Source: Octopus vulgaris (taxonomy: Eukaryota). Taken from it: 64,000 nt of DNA. The position numbers and the translations under genes were made by a program. Each line of letters opens with the position of its first letter. Position 1 is the stretch's first letter. Positions 14,238 to 26,807 of the stretch are shown piece by piece. The notes beneath the pieces are model-generated. The model was given only the letters and a program-made list of their open reading frames with translations. It did no database searches and was not told the origin of the DNA. The DNA lies in contig OX597816.1 of the NCBI GenBank assembly GCA_951406725.2, positions 164,486,001 through 164,550,000 on the forward strand. Reading direction: 5' to 3'.

Positions 14238-14689
14238 TGGATAAATGTGAACAATGTCTAAATTACAAGTGTCCCAAATAGAACGCAATGGAAATTGTGT
14301 TCCATTCAACCGATTTGAAACCGTGGCCCGTGAATTAAAGGCACAATGCGTTATTCCGTTGGCTACATTACCTCTTCTTGCATCCACTGCTGGCTGAGCA
14401 AGACTCAAACGCGATTATCTCCAGAAGTTCCTGGGAAGTGGGGATGGAGAAATATTGGTTTCAAATTTTGGTACAAGGCCAGCAATTTTGAAGAGAGAGG
14501 ATAAGTCGATTACATCGACCTCAGTGCTCAACTGGTACTTATTCTATGGACCCCTAAAAGATCCTTTCTACTGGAAGCACAAATACAGTTCTATATTTAA
14601 GAGATGAGGAATTATGTACATTATTTACATTTGACGGATATTTGACAAACAAGATGAGGACAAATATCCGTCAAATGTAAATAATGGAA

Positions 14690-15060
14690 GCACAAAGGGG
14701 AAAGGGATTAAGTCGATTACATCGACCCCAATGCGTAACTAGTACTAATTTTATCGACCCCAAAAGGATGGAAGGCAAAGTCGGCCTCGGTGGAATTTGA
14801 ACACAAAACGCAACGGCAGACGAAATACCTATTTCTTTACTACCCACAAGGGGCTAAACACAGAGAGGACAATCAAGGACAGACAGACGAATTAAGTCGA
14901 TTACATCGACCCAAGTGCGTAACTGGTACTTAATTTATCGACCCCGAAAGGATGAAAGGCAAAGTCGGCCTCGGCGGAATTTGAACTCAGAACGTAGCGG
15001 CAGACGAAATACCGCGAAGCATTTCGCCCTGCGTGCTAACGATTCTGCCAGCTCGCCTGC
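14690..15060 (-). mobile_element. SINE family B dimer (tRNA head plus Meta/Sauria-like central domain)
   Basis: GAGCTGGCAGAATCG A-box, GAGTTCAAATTCC B-box, core GACTTTGCCTTTCATCCTTTCGGGGTCGATAAA; junction at 14828/9. Confidence 0.8.
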
Positions 15061-15096
15061 CTTCATGGCCCTCAATTTGGACTCAGAACACAAATG

Positions 15097-15187
15097 GACA
15101 TCCTAGTACTCAAGTTTCGAACTTTCCAGAATACGTTCGTTATCGTAAAACTGATTGGTCCATGTCAGTGAAGCTTTACCTAGTGTC
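15097..15187 (-). ncRNA. Decayed copy of the atypical hammerhead-like motif
   Basis: Paralog of 17818-17908 with core CTGACAT instead of CTGACGA. Confidence 0.45.
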
Positions 15188-16924
15188 GAACGGTTATCGC
15201 ACGCTATTTTCAGCAAAAACTGGTACCTTGTTGTGCCACTATTTCCTACATATGTGTGTACACACACACACACATGCACATGGGTGTGTTGTCTTTCTGC
15301 CTGTGTCTGCCCCCCACTATCACTTGACAACCGGTGTAGGTGTGTTTACGTCTCCGTAACTTAGCGATTCGGCAAATGTGACCTATAGAATCAAGCTTAA
15401 AAGAAAATAAGTACCACTGATATTGTTGGGCATTTTGCCCGGCGCGGTAACGAATCTGCCAGCTCGCCACATTGAGATGGAGAAATAGTGCAACTACAGA
15501 GCACAATCGATATTTTTGGCAGTTTTTTTTGGGGGGGGGGGGGGGGGTTTCAAGTGTTTACTGTAATGAAATTTACTGGAACAACGAGTTGGGTCTATGA
15601 TTTGTAACTTGGTTTCTCTTCGCCATCACATAGACATTATTATCATCTCAATTAATGTTTCATTATGTAACAACTCAATCCGGATCAGTGTTTGATGTGA
15701 TTCTTCAAGGAACAACATCAACGAGTATCTTCCTGCGAAAGTGTATATGTGTCTGGGGGTTGTGGGGGTGGAATATCAAGATTTCTAACAATTATCTTTA
15801 TTAATTTGCTCTTTGCTTTCACAATTCGAAATTTTCTTTATTTCTTTGCCCCCTTTTTTTTTTGACAAGATTCTTGTATGATCCCAAGAGTTAAATTCAA
15901 AATTAAAAGCAATTAAATTCTTGTGATTATAATTTTTTATTCATATTTCAATTATTAATTATTTAATTAGTTATTTAAAATTGAAGAACGCTTCCGATTC
16001 AAAGAGGGGAAATTTTGATAAATAATCAATAATTATATTTAATGTTCTGCGAAAGTAAAAATAAAATAGATATAAAAATTTTTTAAAATAAAAACATTTT
16101 TAAAACGTGTTAACAAAAAGGCCATTCCTTTCTTTCGCGTTGCCTTAATTATTTTCTTCCTCTCAAGAATATTTTCAACAATATGACTGCAACTGTTAAG
16201 CTGTACTCTTGGAATGGTAAAAAAAAAAAAAGCCTTCTGGCCGATACCTCGTAGACAGAATTAGTCCATGATTTTGGTTGGTTGGAATTGTAAGGTGCCA
16301 TTTAAAGAGTGCCATCGTGATTCTCATTCCCTAAACATTTATTTTTTTATTTGTTTTTGTTTTTCAATATTTTTCTTTCTGTTTTTTTTTTGTTTCCTAA
16401 TTAACTTTCTGTATTTTCTTATTCCGCCACTGTTTCAATTTGTTGTTTCGGTGGTGGTGGTGGTGGTGTTGGTTATGGTTATTGCTGTCACTGTTGTTTC
16501 ACTAATACCACCACCACAACCACCACTACCACCACCATTACAACTACCACCATTACCATCAATAATATCCACCACCACCACCACCACTACCCCCCACCGC
16601 TGCCACCAAAATTAACATCACAAAATTCTAAATTGTTTGATTAAATCAATTTTTCCCATAAAATTTTAAAATCTCACTTTCATATCTCTTATTTCAGTAT
16701 CTATAGTATCGACAGAAGCTTGGGTTCGATCCCAGGTCGCAACTATTTCTGCTACAGCGAATTGGCAGCACAGTTCAATTTCTACTCCAGCAGATTGGCA
16801 ACAGGGTTCAATTTTGAGTCGCATCTGTTTTACCTAATGTTGCTGTTTTATCGGTCACGCCTCTCATTTCTTCAACTATTGAAATAGATAAATCGATCAC
16901 CCATTAATGGATATTCCTGTTAGT

Positions 16925-17392
16925 GAATGTGCGCGACTTAGAAGTTAGGGAATACGGCTCACGATCGTATGGTTGCGAGTTCAATTCCCACCGGCGCGTT
17001 GTCAAAATTTCTGGCACTATCAAGATTTCTAGCAATTATCTTTATTCATTTGCTCTCTGCTTTTATAATTTAAAATTTTCTTTTCTTCTTCCCCCACACC
17101 TTTTTTGATAAGATTCTTGAATGATTCCAACAGTTAAATTCAAAATTAAAAGCAATTAAATTCTTGTGATTATACTTATAGTTACGTCCACTCAACAGGA
17201 ACACATGAGTTGTACCTGTAAATTCAATGGGACAACCTTGTCACATTTTGTGTCATGCTGAATCTCCTTGAGAGTTACGTTAAGAGTACGCGTATCTGTG
17301 GGGTACACAGCCACTTGCACGTTAATTTCACGAGCAGGCTGTTCGGTTGATCGGATCAACTTTAAGCCTCGTCATCGTAACTAACGGAGTGT
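16925..17392 (+). mobile_element. SINE family D interrupted by a copy of 15775-15932
   Basis: tRNA head to about 17000, foreign segment about 17018-17173, then the tail shared with SINE C. Confidence 0.65.
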
Positions 17393-17673
17393 CAGTTTGT
17401 TTCGTTTGTTTTTTCTTCCTCAGATGGTAAAAGAGTCCAGCAATGGAACCGATTACCCATTGAAGAATTCGTCTGGTAAATACGTCCATTTTTGTGCGTC
17501 AGAGGAAATCGAAACATACCAGTGGAGGCTGAATATGTCTAATCATGCGGTTGCTACTATATACTTACCACTGATGACGTTCAAAGAAGCAGAAATACTT
17601 ATTTGATAAGGCTTTCGAAGTTTCTGAACCCTTTTCGTTTGATCGTGATATACTTCTATGATTTTCAGCCCTA

Positions 17674-18222
17674 TACGTAGCTGAATAGTGAGAAGCTTGC
17701 TTCCCAACAACATAATTCCGGGTTCAGTCCCACTGCGTGACACCTTGGGCAAGTGTCTTCTACTATAGCCCCGGGTGGACCAAAGCCTTGTGGGTGGATT
17801 TGGTAGACAGAAAAATGGACAACCTAGTACTCGAGTTTCGGACTTTTCAGAATACGCTTGTTATCGTAAAACTGATTGGTCCTCGTCAGTGAAGCTTTAC
17901 CTAGCGTCGAACGGTTATCGACTGCTATTTCCAGCAAAATCTGGTACCTTGTTGTGCCACTATTTCCTGTGTATGTGTACACACACATACACACACAAAC
18001 ACACACACACGTGTGTGTGTGTTGTCTTTCTGCCTGTATCTGTCCCCCCACTACCACTTGACAACTGGTGTTGCTGTGTTTACGTCTCCGTAACTTAGCG
18101 GTTCGGCAAAAGCGCCCCATAGAATCAAGCTTAAAAGAAAATAAGTACTTCGGTCGATTCATTTCGCTAAAATTCTTCCAGATGGCCGCAGTCTAATGAC
18201 TGAAACAAGTATAAGCTAAAAG
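17674..18222 (+). mobile_element. SINE A carrying a hammerhead-containing insert between its arms
   Basis: Left arm to about 17810, insert about 17812-17970, CA tract, right arm. Confidence 0.7.
17818..17908 (-). ncRNA. Atypical hammerhead-like motif with long stem II
   Basis: GACG-CTAG-[GTAAAGCTTCA]-CTGACGA-GGAC..TCAG..TACG/CGTA..CTGA..GTCC-GAAAC-TCGA-GTA-CTAG-GT-TGTC. Confidence 0.6.
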
Positions 18223-18254
18223 ATAATACTGCTTCTATCCCCAGTAACAAAATA

Positions 18255-19225
18255 TTTATTTCTGTGTTGCCCACAAGGGGCTAAACATAGAGGAGAAAAA
18301 CATGGACAGACAAACGGATTAAGTCGCTTATATCGACCCCAGTGCGTAGCTGGTACTTATTTAATCGATCCTGAAAGGATGAAAGGCAAAGTCAACCTCG
18401 GCGGAATTTGAACTCAGAACGTAACGACAGACGAAATACCTATTTCTTTACTATCCACAAGGGGCTAAACACAGCAGGGACAAACAAGGACAGACAAACA
18501 GATTAAGTCGATTACATCGACCCCAGTGCGTAACTGGTACTTATTTAATCGACCACGAAAGAATGAAAGGCAAAGTCAACCTCGGCGGAATTTGAACTCA
18601 GAACGTAACGACAGACGAAATACCTATTTCTTTACTATCCACAAGGGGCTAAACACAGCAGGGACAAACAAGGACAGACAAACAGATTAAGTCGATTACA
18701 TCGACCCCAGTGCGTAACTGGTACTTATTTAATCGACCACGAAAGAATGAAAGGCAAAGTCAACCTCGGCGGAATTTGAACTCAGAACGTAACGACAGAC
18801 GAAATACCTATTTCTTTACTATCCACAAGGGGCTAAACACAGCAGGGACAAACAAGGACAGACAAACAGATTAAGACGATTACATCGACCCCAGTGCGTA
18901 ACTGGTACTTATTTAATCGACCACGAAAGAATGAAAGGCAAAGTCAACCTCGGCGGAATTTGAACTCAGAACGTAACGACAGACGAAATACCTATTTCTT
19001 TACTATCCACAAGGGGCTAAACACAGCAGGGACAAACAAGGACAGACAAACAGATTAAGTCGATTACATCGACCCCAGTGCGTAACTGGTACTTATTTAA
19101 TCGACCACGAAAGAATGAAAGGCAAAGTCAACCTCGGCGGAATTTGAACTCAGAACGTAACGGCAGACGAAATACCGCCAAAAATTTCGCCCGGCGTGCT
19201 AACGATTCTGTCAGTTCGCTGCCCT
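18255..19225 (-). mobile_element. SINE B tandem array: five 184-bp units with one head
   Basis: Junction marker at 18439, 18623, 18807 and 18991; tRNA head only at about 19170-19225. Confidence 0.9.
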
Positions 19226-19457
19226 TAGTAACAAAATATTGTCTACCGCCAATACTACCTCCTCCTGAACTACCACCATCACCACTACCACCACCACTAC
19301 CACCATCATCATTAACATCTCATCACCACATCCGCCCCAATTCCATCATCATCATTATCATAGCACCACCATGACACCCAACACCTACACCTTGTTGATG
19401 TCGATGCCCTTTCTCCTCCTCCTCCCACTACTACTACTACTACTACTGCTACTACTG

Positions 19458-19542
<85 letters not shown>

Positions 19543-19590
19543 CACCACCACCACTACCACCACCACCACCAACAACAACACCACCACCAT

Positions 19591-19635
<45 letters not shown>

Positions 19636-19874
19636 TACTACTAGTACGTCGGTTGTTGAAGGCCAATGAAAAAGTCACCGGGATGCTATGTCGTGTGTCT
19701 GTTCCGTTAGGTTGTCTCACCACGTCTCACCATGTTCGACGGGGCCATGATCAATGATGATCCAGCATGGACAGCTTCCGGTTGTCAGTCACGCCCTCTG
19801 TCGATGTTAATGGGAATTCTTCAGTCAGTCAGTCAGTCACTCATTCATATCGAGACGAACAGAGAGAGAAAGAA

Positions 19875-19913
<39 letters not shown>

Positions 19914-19949
19914 GAGAAGGAGAGAGAATGTAGAAATACCAAAATACAA

Positions 19950-19998
<49 letters not shown>

Positions 19999-20427
19999 CA
20001 TAAATACATACACACACGCACATATATAGGCATGCACAATACATATATACGTGCATGTATACATAATGCATATGTAGGTGCATGCATGCATACGTGCGTG
20101 CATGCATAAATGCATGATTACATGCAGATACAGCATATATACAGACGGATGCTAGAGATTCACAAAAAAAAAAAAAGCCAGTGAAGAAAAGCAAATTATT
20201 TTAACAAAATTAAAGAAAAATATTACACTTCCTCAAAGTAGGCCGAGGAACAGAAACGGCAACAACAACAAAGAAATAACACTCTGAAGAAGAAGAACAA
20301 CAATAAAACCAATTGTAAAAACAACAAAAAAAAAATACAGCGGAAATAGCAACAAAAATTTTTTTTTAAATCGCAAAAATAAGAAAGCCTAGAGCAGTTT
20401 CAACAATAAGTGTAATGGTTACAATGT

Positions 20428-20803
20428 GGAGGCGCAATGGCACAGTGGTTAGGGCAGCGGACTCGCGGTCATAGGATCGCGGTTTCGATTCCCAGACCGG
20501 GCGTTGTGAGTGTTTATTGAGCGAAAACACTTAAAGCTCCACGAGGCTCCGGCAGGGGGTGGTGGTGATCCCTGCTGTACTCTTTCACCACAACTTTCTC
20601 TCACTCTTCCTGTTTCTGTTGTACCTGTATTTCAAAGGGCCGGCCTTGTCACTCTCTGTGTCACGCTGAATATCCCCGAGAACTACGTTAAGGGTACACG
20701 TGTCTGTGGAGTGCTCAGCCACTTACACGTTAATTTCACGAGCAGGCTGTTCCGTTGATTCGGATCAGCCGGAACTCTCGTCGTCGTAACCGACGGAGTG
20801 CTT
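20428..20803 (+). mobile_element. SINE family C (tRNA-Arg-like head), full copy
   Basis: GGAGGCGCAATGGC..GGACTCGCGGTC (TCG anticodon-like), GGTTTCGATTCC; near-identical to 48275-48652. Confidence 0.85.
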
Positions 20804-20869
20804 CCATCAATGGTTACAATAATGAAGACAACAGCAGCAGCAACGACGACAACAATAACAGCAACAGCA

Positions 20870-21205
20870 GGAGGCGCAATGGCCCAGTGGTTAGGGCAGC
20901 GGACTCGCGGTCGGGGGATCGCGGTTTCGATTCCCAGACCGGGCGTTGTGTGTGTTTATTGAGCGAAAACACCTAAAGCTCCACGAGGCTCCGGCAGGGG
21001 ATGGTGGTGATCCCTGCTGTACTCTTTCGCCCCAACTTTCTCTCACTCTTTCTACCTGTTTCCTGTCCCCGACTTCCTACGCAACCGCTGAGCCTGGGTG
21101 CGCATTCATCCATCCGTCGATGCTCTCGGTGTCGGGGGTTGACCTGCTTTCTCTTCTGCGGGTCTTTCGAATAGCAAAGGACCACGTTTCGCACTCTTCC
21201 CACTC
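20870..21205 (+). mobile_element. SINE C with an alternative 3' tail
   Basis: Matches SINE C to about 21060, then an unrelated GC-rich structured tail. Confidence 0.7.
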
Positions 21206-21287
21206 TGGGACGAAGACAGCTTCGCTCAACAAACAAACAGCAACAGCAACAACAGCAAAAACAAGTAATGGCAACAGTAAAGAAAAT

Positions 21288-21588
21288 GGCACTCCGTCGG
21301 CTACGACGATGCCTGTTCCAGTCGATCCGATCACCGAAACAGCGTGCTCGTGAAATTAATGAACAAGTGACTGAACCTTAACGTAGTTCTTTGGGAGATT
21401 CAGCGTAACAGAATGTGACAAGATTGGCTCTTTGAAATACATGTACAACTAATTTTTGCCAGCTGAGTGAATTGGAGCAAGGTGGAATATGATGTCCTGC
21501 TCAAGGACACCATGCGCCGCCGGGCATCGAACGCGAGACCTTACGATGGTGAGCTGTATACCCTAACCACTATGCTACGCGCCTTCAC
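21288..21588 (-). mobile_element. SINE D, diverged
   Basis: Reverse complement of 23727-24047. Confidence 0.65.
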
Positions 21589-21631
21589 AGTGACAGTAAT
21601 AAAATGTAGATCAGAAGATGTGGCAATTTTC

Positions 21632-21985
21632 AACAAACCTTCAAAGACCATAAGCACAGCTCCTTCCTACAAACCTACAAAGACCATAAGCACACCTCCT
21701 TCCTACAGACCTGCAAAGACCATAAGAACAGTTTCTTCCTACAGACCTACAAAGACCATAAACACAGCTACTTCCTACAAACCTACAAAGACCATAAACA
21801 CAGCTCCTTCGTACAGACCTACAAAGATTATATGTATATAAACTTGCCATACAGATGTACAAAACTGAGCACAACTCCTTCCTACCTACCTCTAAAGAAC
21901 CATAAGCGCATAGCTTTCCTCTAACCCTACAAAGACCACGAGCAAAACTTCTGACAAACATAGAAAGATCACGAGCGCAGCTCTA
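21632..21985. repeat. 36-bp minisatellite (ACAAAGACCATAAGCACAGCTCCTTCCTACAAACCT)
   Basis: Repeats visible, decaying rightwards; remnants extend to about 22570. Confidence 0.85.
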
Positions 21986-22270
21986 TTCTCCAGATAGAGC
22001 AAGATTAAAATCTATAGAGATCCTAAGCACTTAAGATGGAAAATAATGTTTTGTCTTGACACCATGATCACTTCGAAATTATATTCCCAAACGTATAGAC
22101 CACTTCGTATATTATTTTAGCAAGTTTAAAGTGATTTCTTTTGTGCCGTAGACCATCTACCATTTCTGCGGTGTCTCCTTCCCTTGATGCCGTAAGCACA
22201 TGCTTATTTTGCTTAATGTTTAATCCAGCGCTGTTCACAGATCTATAAAGACCAAGTGTACATCTCCTTA

Positions 22271-22501
22271 AGGCGACGAGCTGGCAGAATCGTTAGCAGG
22301 CCGGCGAAATGCTTAGCGGTATTTCGTCTGCCGCTACGTTCTGAGTTAAAATTCCACCGAGGTCGACTTTGCCTTTCATCCTTTCGAGGTCGATTAAATA
22401 AGTACCAGTTACGCACTGGGGTCGATATAATCGACTTAATCCGTGTGTCTGCCCTTGTTTGTCCTCTCTGTGTTTAACCCCTTGTGGGTAATAAAGAAAT
22501 A
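22271..22501 (+). mobile_element. SINE B monomer with TSD
   Basis: Flanked by AAGTGTACATCTCCTT / AAGTGTACACCTCCTT. Confidence 0.85.
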
Positions 22502-23726
22502 AGTGTACACCTCCTTCCAATCTACAAAGACCACAGTTCCTTTCTGCAGACCTACAAAGGCCATAGACAAAACACCTGTTTCTAGACCAAATTAGTTGTT
22601 TAATAAAATATTTGGGAGAAGATTTGTTGATTATACCAACCATAGAACTTAAAAGGAATTTTGTTTTAATCGACAGTTTGAAAAGCAAAGTCGACTCTAG
22701 TAGAATTTGAATACAAAATATAAATTTATGTGCCAAAACACTTCAAATCATATTCTCAACTGGTTTGAATATTTTTCTAACCGATAGCATGTTTATCGTA
22801 AAAATATTTCAAGACCGTTCTGGTATTTATCTTCTCTTGCTGTGTAAATTGAAACACATGAGATGAAGTGTGCGGCCTCGGTATGAAATAAATCTCCCGG
22901 GGCGGGTTTGAACTTTCGACTCTTCAGTCGATAGTACCATAATCTATCCGGTTATTTCCGTTGGAATCTCTTTAAAAACCGGATTTTTTTTATCCATGTA
23001 GGTTCTTCATTGATCAGCACACTTCCTGTGATTGCAAACTCTCACTGACGACATCAGATTTTAATCAGCTTTCGACATATCTATATCTTCTTTCCTCTCT
23101 TTCACTCCCACATCTCCTTTCTTTCCCCTCTCCTTTTACCTTCCACACTCTCTTCTACTTTTCTATTTCCTCCTTCTCACACCCTCTAGCTCTCCTCCTC
23201 TTTTCCACTCTATTTCTTCTATCGCACTTCTCACTGACACTCTAACTATCTCTATCTCTACCCCCTCCCTCCACCTTTCACGCCTATCTCCCTCACCCCA
23301 CTCTTTCACTCTTTCTATCTCTCCCCCTCTCTCTTTTCTCCTGCTCTTCCTCCTCCCCCTCTCTTTCTCTCTCTCTTTCTCTCTCTCTCTCACTCAACTC
23401 ACTCTCTTACCACTTACTGCAGCCACACTTCATTTCCGCTCCCATTGGAACTAACACCAGATTTATCTTTTGTGGACATTCTCAACCATCTGACCCTTGA
23501 TCAATCCAATTAGATATTGTCCTAAGGTCAGGGTTTTTCCCATAAAACACCTGAGAAAAAGATCAATAACAAATACAACCAGGAACGCATTCATATCTTT
23601 CTTTTTATCAAAATTCCATTCTCTCTTTGTTTCTCTTTCTCTGTCCGTCTGTCTGCCTGTCTGCCTGTCTGTCAGTTTCTCTCATATATATATATGTGTG
23701 TGTGTATGTGTGCGTGTGTGTGTGAA

Positions 23727-24047
23727 GGTGAGTGGCTTAGTGGTTAGGGCATTCGACTCACGACTGTAAGGTCGTGAGTTCAATTCTCGGCGACGCGTTG
23801 TGTCCTTGAGCAAGACACTTTATTTCACGTCTGCTCAGTTCACTCAGCTGGCAAAACATGAGTAGTACCTGTATTTTAAAAGGGCCAGCCTTGTTACACT
23901 CTGTCACGCAGAATTTCTCTGAGAACTACCTTAGGGGTACACGCGTCTGTGGAGTGCTCAGCTACTTGCACGTTAATTTTACGAGGTGGCTGTTCCGTTG
24001 ATCGTATCACCTGGGACCCTCGTCGTCGTCGTAACCGACGGAGTGCT
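23727..24047 (+). mobile_element. SINE D (tRNA head, CCTTGAGCAAGACACTT core, tail shared with SINE C)
   Basis: A/B boxes; 3' tail ...CGTCGTAACCGACGGAGTGC. Confidence 0.75.
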
Positions 24048-24062
24048 CTCTGTCTCTCTCTG

Positions 24063-24104
<42 letters not shown>

Positions 24105-24154
24105 TCTCTCTCTCTCTACACACATATATATATATATATAAAATTTATGCTTAT

Positions 24155-24370
24155 ACTAATAATAATTGGTGCATTTGGCTTGTAAATAACTACCTTATGG
24201 AAAATTTCAGAAAAAGAAATCAACCAACTAATTCGCACGTTACAAACACAATCTGTAATCGGAACAGTAAAAATATGCAAGACTTTTCTCAAGTTTAAAA
24301 CGCTAACGTTGTCTTCTATATTCAAATGGTGGAACTTTGTATCTTTGTTAGAAACCAGCCCGTTCCCCAG
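24155..24370 (+). pseudogene. R4/Dong-like 3' end remnant
   Basis: IIIGAFG..LIRTLQTQSVIGTVKICKTFLKF, homologous to 12751-12909. Confidence 0.65.
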
Positions 24371-24650
24371 AAGAAGAATTTAGATAATCAGGAAGAGAAT
24401 ATACGTAAGAATATACGTAAGGAAGAGAATCCTACGTGAGATGAGATAACGGATTTGAATCGCTATCTGCAAGTCTCAGAAACATTCACTCAAAACATTT
24501 CATTCTTTATCATCTCTGTTCATATTCAATAGTGTGGAGGCGCAATGGCCCAGTCGGTCATCCTCTTTTAATTTTTAAAAAAGTTCTTTCTTTCTTTCTT
24601 TCTTCTAGCAATCAGTCTTCCTTTCATTTTCCCATGACCCTGTAAATCGT

Positions 24651-24719
<69 letters not shown>

Positions 24720-24879
24720 TATTTTGCTCTCATGTGGTTATTTCCTCCCTGACTGAGGTTCCCGTGGTCTTTTCTGTAGGCTTTTCTTCCCACGGATGAA
24801 CTCAATCTTGTTTTATTAATGTTTTTAAAAAAAGTGTTTCTGTGATACACGATTTCTTTCCTTTTTTTTTCCTCTCGAT

Positions 24880-24997
24880 CCCTTTTGATCGGAATCTTAC
24901 ATTTATTTTCCTTTTTCTTTTCCACCCTCGAAAAGAAAAGCTCTACATTTGTATTTATCCCCTCTGTATTCAGCCCTGTGTGGCCAATAAAAGAACG

Positions 24998-25090
<93 letters not shown>

Positions 25091-25158
25091 AATCTATCTA
25101 TCTATCTATCTATATCTATCGATCTATCTATCTATTGATCGTTCAATCTATTTTTTTC

Positions 25159-25190
<32 letters not shown>

Positions 25191-25492
25191 TTTTCTATCC
25201 CTATCTATCAATCTATTTCTAACACATCTATTTCGTTCTTTTTTTTCATTTCATTTCTCTTTCCTTTTGTTCCTTTTCCTTTTCTTTTTTTTTTCTTTTT
25301 ATTCTTTTTATTTTATTCAATTTTTTTTTGTTTTTGTTCTTTTCTTCCCTTTTACGATCCCTCTTGATCGAAAACCTACGCCACCCCCTTTTTTTTCTTT
25401 TGTTTTTTGTTCTCTTCATCCCTAAAAAAAAAAAAGCTCTACCTTGTAACTTGTCCCATCTGTGTGCAGCCCTGTGTGGCCAATAAAGAAAC
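24880..25492 (+). mobile_element. Two LINE-like 3' tails, each abutting (TATC)n
   Basis: CGATCCC..AAAGCTCTAC..CAGCCCTGTGTGGCCAATAAA at about 24880-24996 and 25355-25492. Confidence 0.55.
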
Positions 25493-25494
25493 TG

Positions 25495-25529
<35 letters not shown>

Positions 25530-25530
25530 A

Positions 25531-25605
<75 letters not shown>

Positions 25606-25636
25606 CCACCATTATCATCATAATCCTTCTCCTTTT

Positions 25637-25670
<34 letters not shown>

Positions 25671-26059
25671 AATTACTTCTTCTTCTCCTTGTACTCCTCC
25701 ACCATCACCGCCTCCACCACCACCACCACCACCACCACCACCACCACCTCACACCTTTGCAGTAAGATCCACTTCACTCCACACTTGCTGTCATAATACA
25801 CCTTTGAGGTAGAATAAGGAGGAGTTAACAATGGAATGTCACTTAAGAAGAGAATCACAGAAGCAGCAGCAGCAGCAGCAGCAGCAGCTGTTGTTGATGG
25901 TGAAGCGGAAAGTGGTGTCGTTGGCGGATTTGGTGTTTTCTCTGTATGACCGTGGTAAACGACAGCCACAAGTCAACAGAAGGGAAGAATACAGAACATA
26001 CACACACACACACACATAGATACCCGCGCGTATGTGTGTATGCATATATGTATGTACGC

Positions 26060-26187
<128 letters not shown>

Positions 26188-26691
26188 CACACACATATAT
26201 AATATATATAATGGCCTAGTGGTTAGGGCAGCGGACTCGCGGTCGCAGGATCGCGGTTTCGATTCTCAGACTGGGCGTTGTGTGTGTTTATTGAGCGAAA
26301 ACACCTAAAAGCTCTACGAGGCTCCGGCAGGGGGTGGTGATCCCTGCTGTACTCTTTCACCACAATGGCGGTGCCCCAGCATGGCCACAGCTCAAGAGCT
26401 GAAACTGGAAAAACAAAAACAAAAACAAAAACAAAATATATATATATATATATATATGTGTGTGTATGTGTGTGTGTATGTTTATCCCCCCACCGTCGCT
26501 TGACGCTGCTGTGTTTACGTCCCCGTAACATAGCGGATCGGCAAAAGAACCCGATGGAATAAGTACTAGGCTTACAAGGAATGAGTCCTGGGGTCGATTT
26601 GTTCGACTAAAGGCGGTACTCCAGCATGGCCGCAGTAAAATGACTGAAACAAGTAAAAGAATAAAAGAAAGAATACACACACACACACACA

Positions 26692-26807
<116 letters not shown>

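Noticed and set aside
17424-17610. Plus-strand exon-like segment and CTGATGA at 17572
   Set aside because: No partner exons; no convincing stem II or GAAAC geometry
18255-19225. CRISPR-like regular array
   Set aside because: Whole units repeat, there are no unique spacers or cas genes, and the units are SINE-derived
20428-20502. tRNA-Arg gene
   Set aside because: Head of SINE C running into the SINE body; cloverleaf imperfect
21467-21841. 12-aa repeat protein TKTISTAPSYKP
   Set aside because: Starts in a SINE, decays with stops, and has no splice evidence; a 36-bp minisatellite
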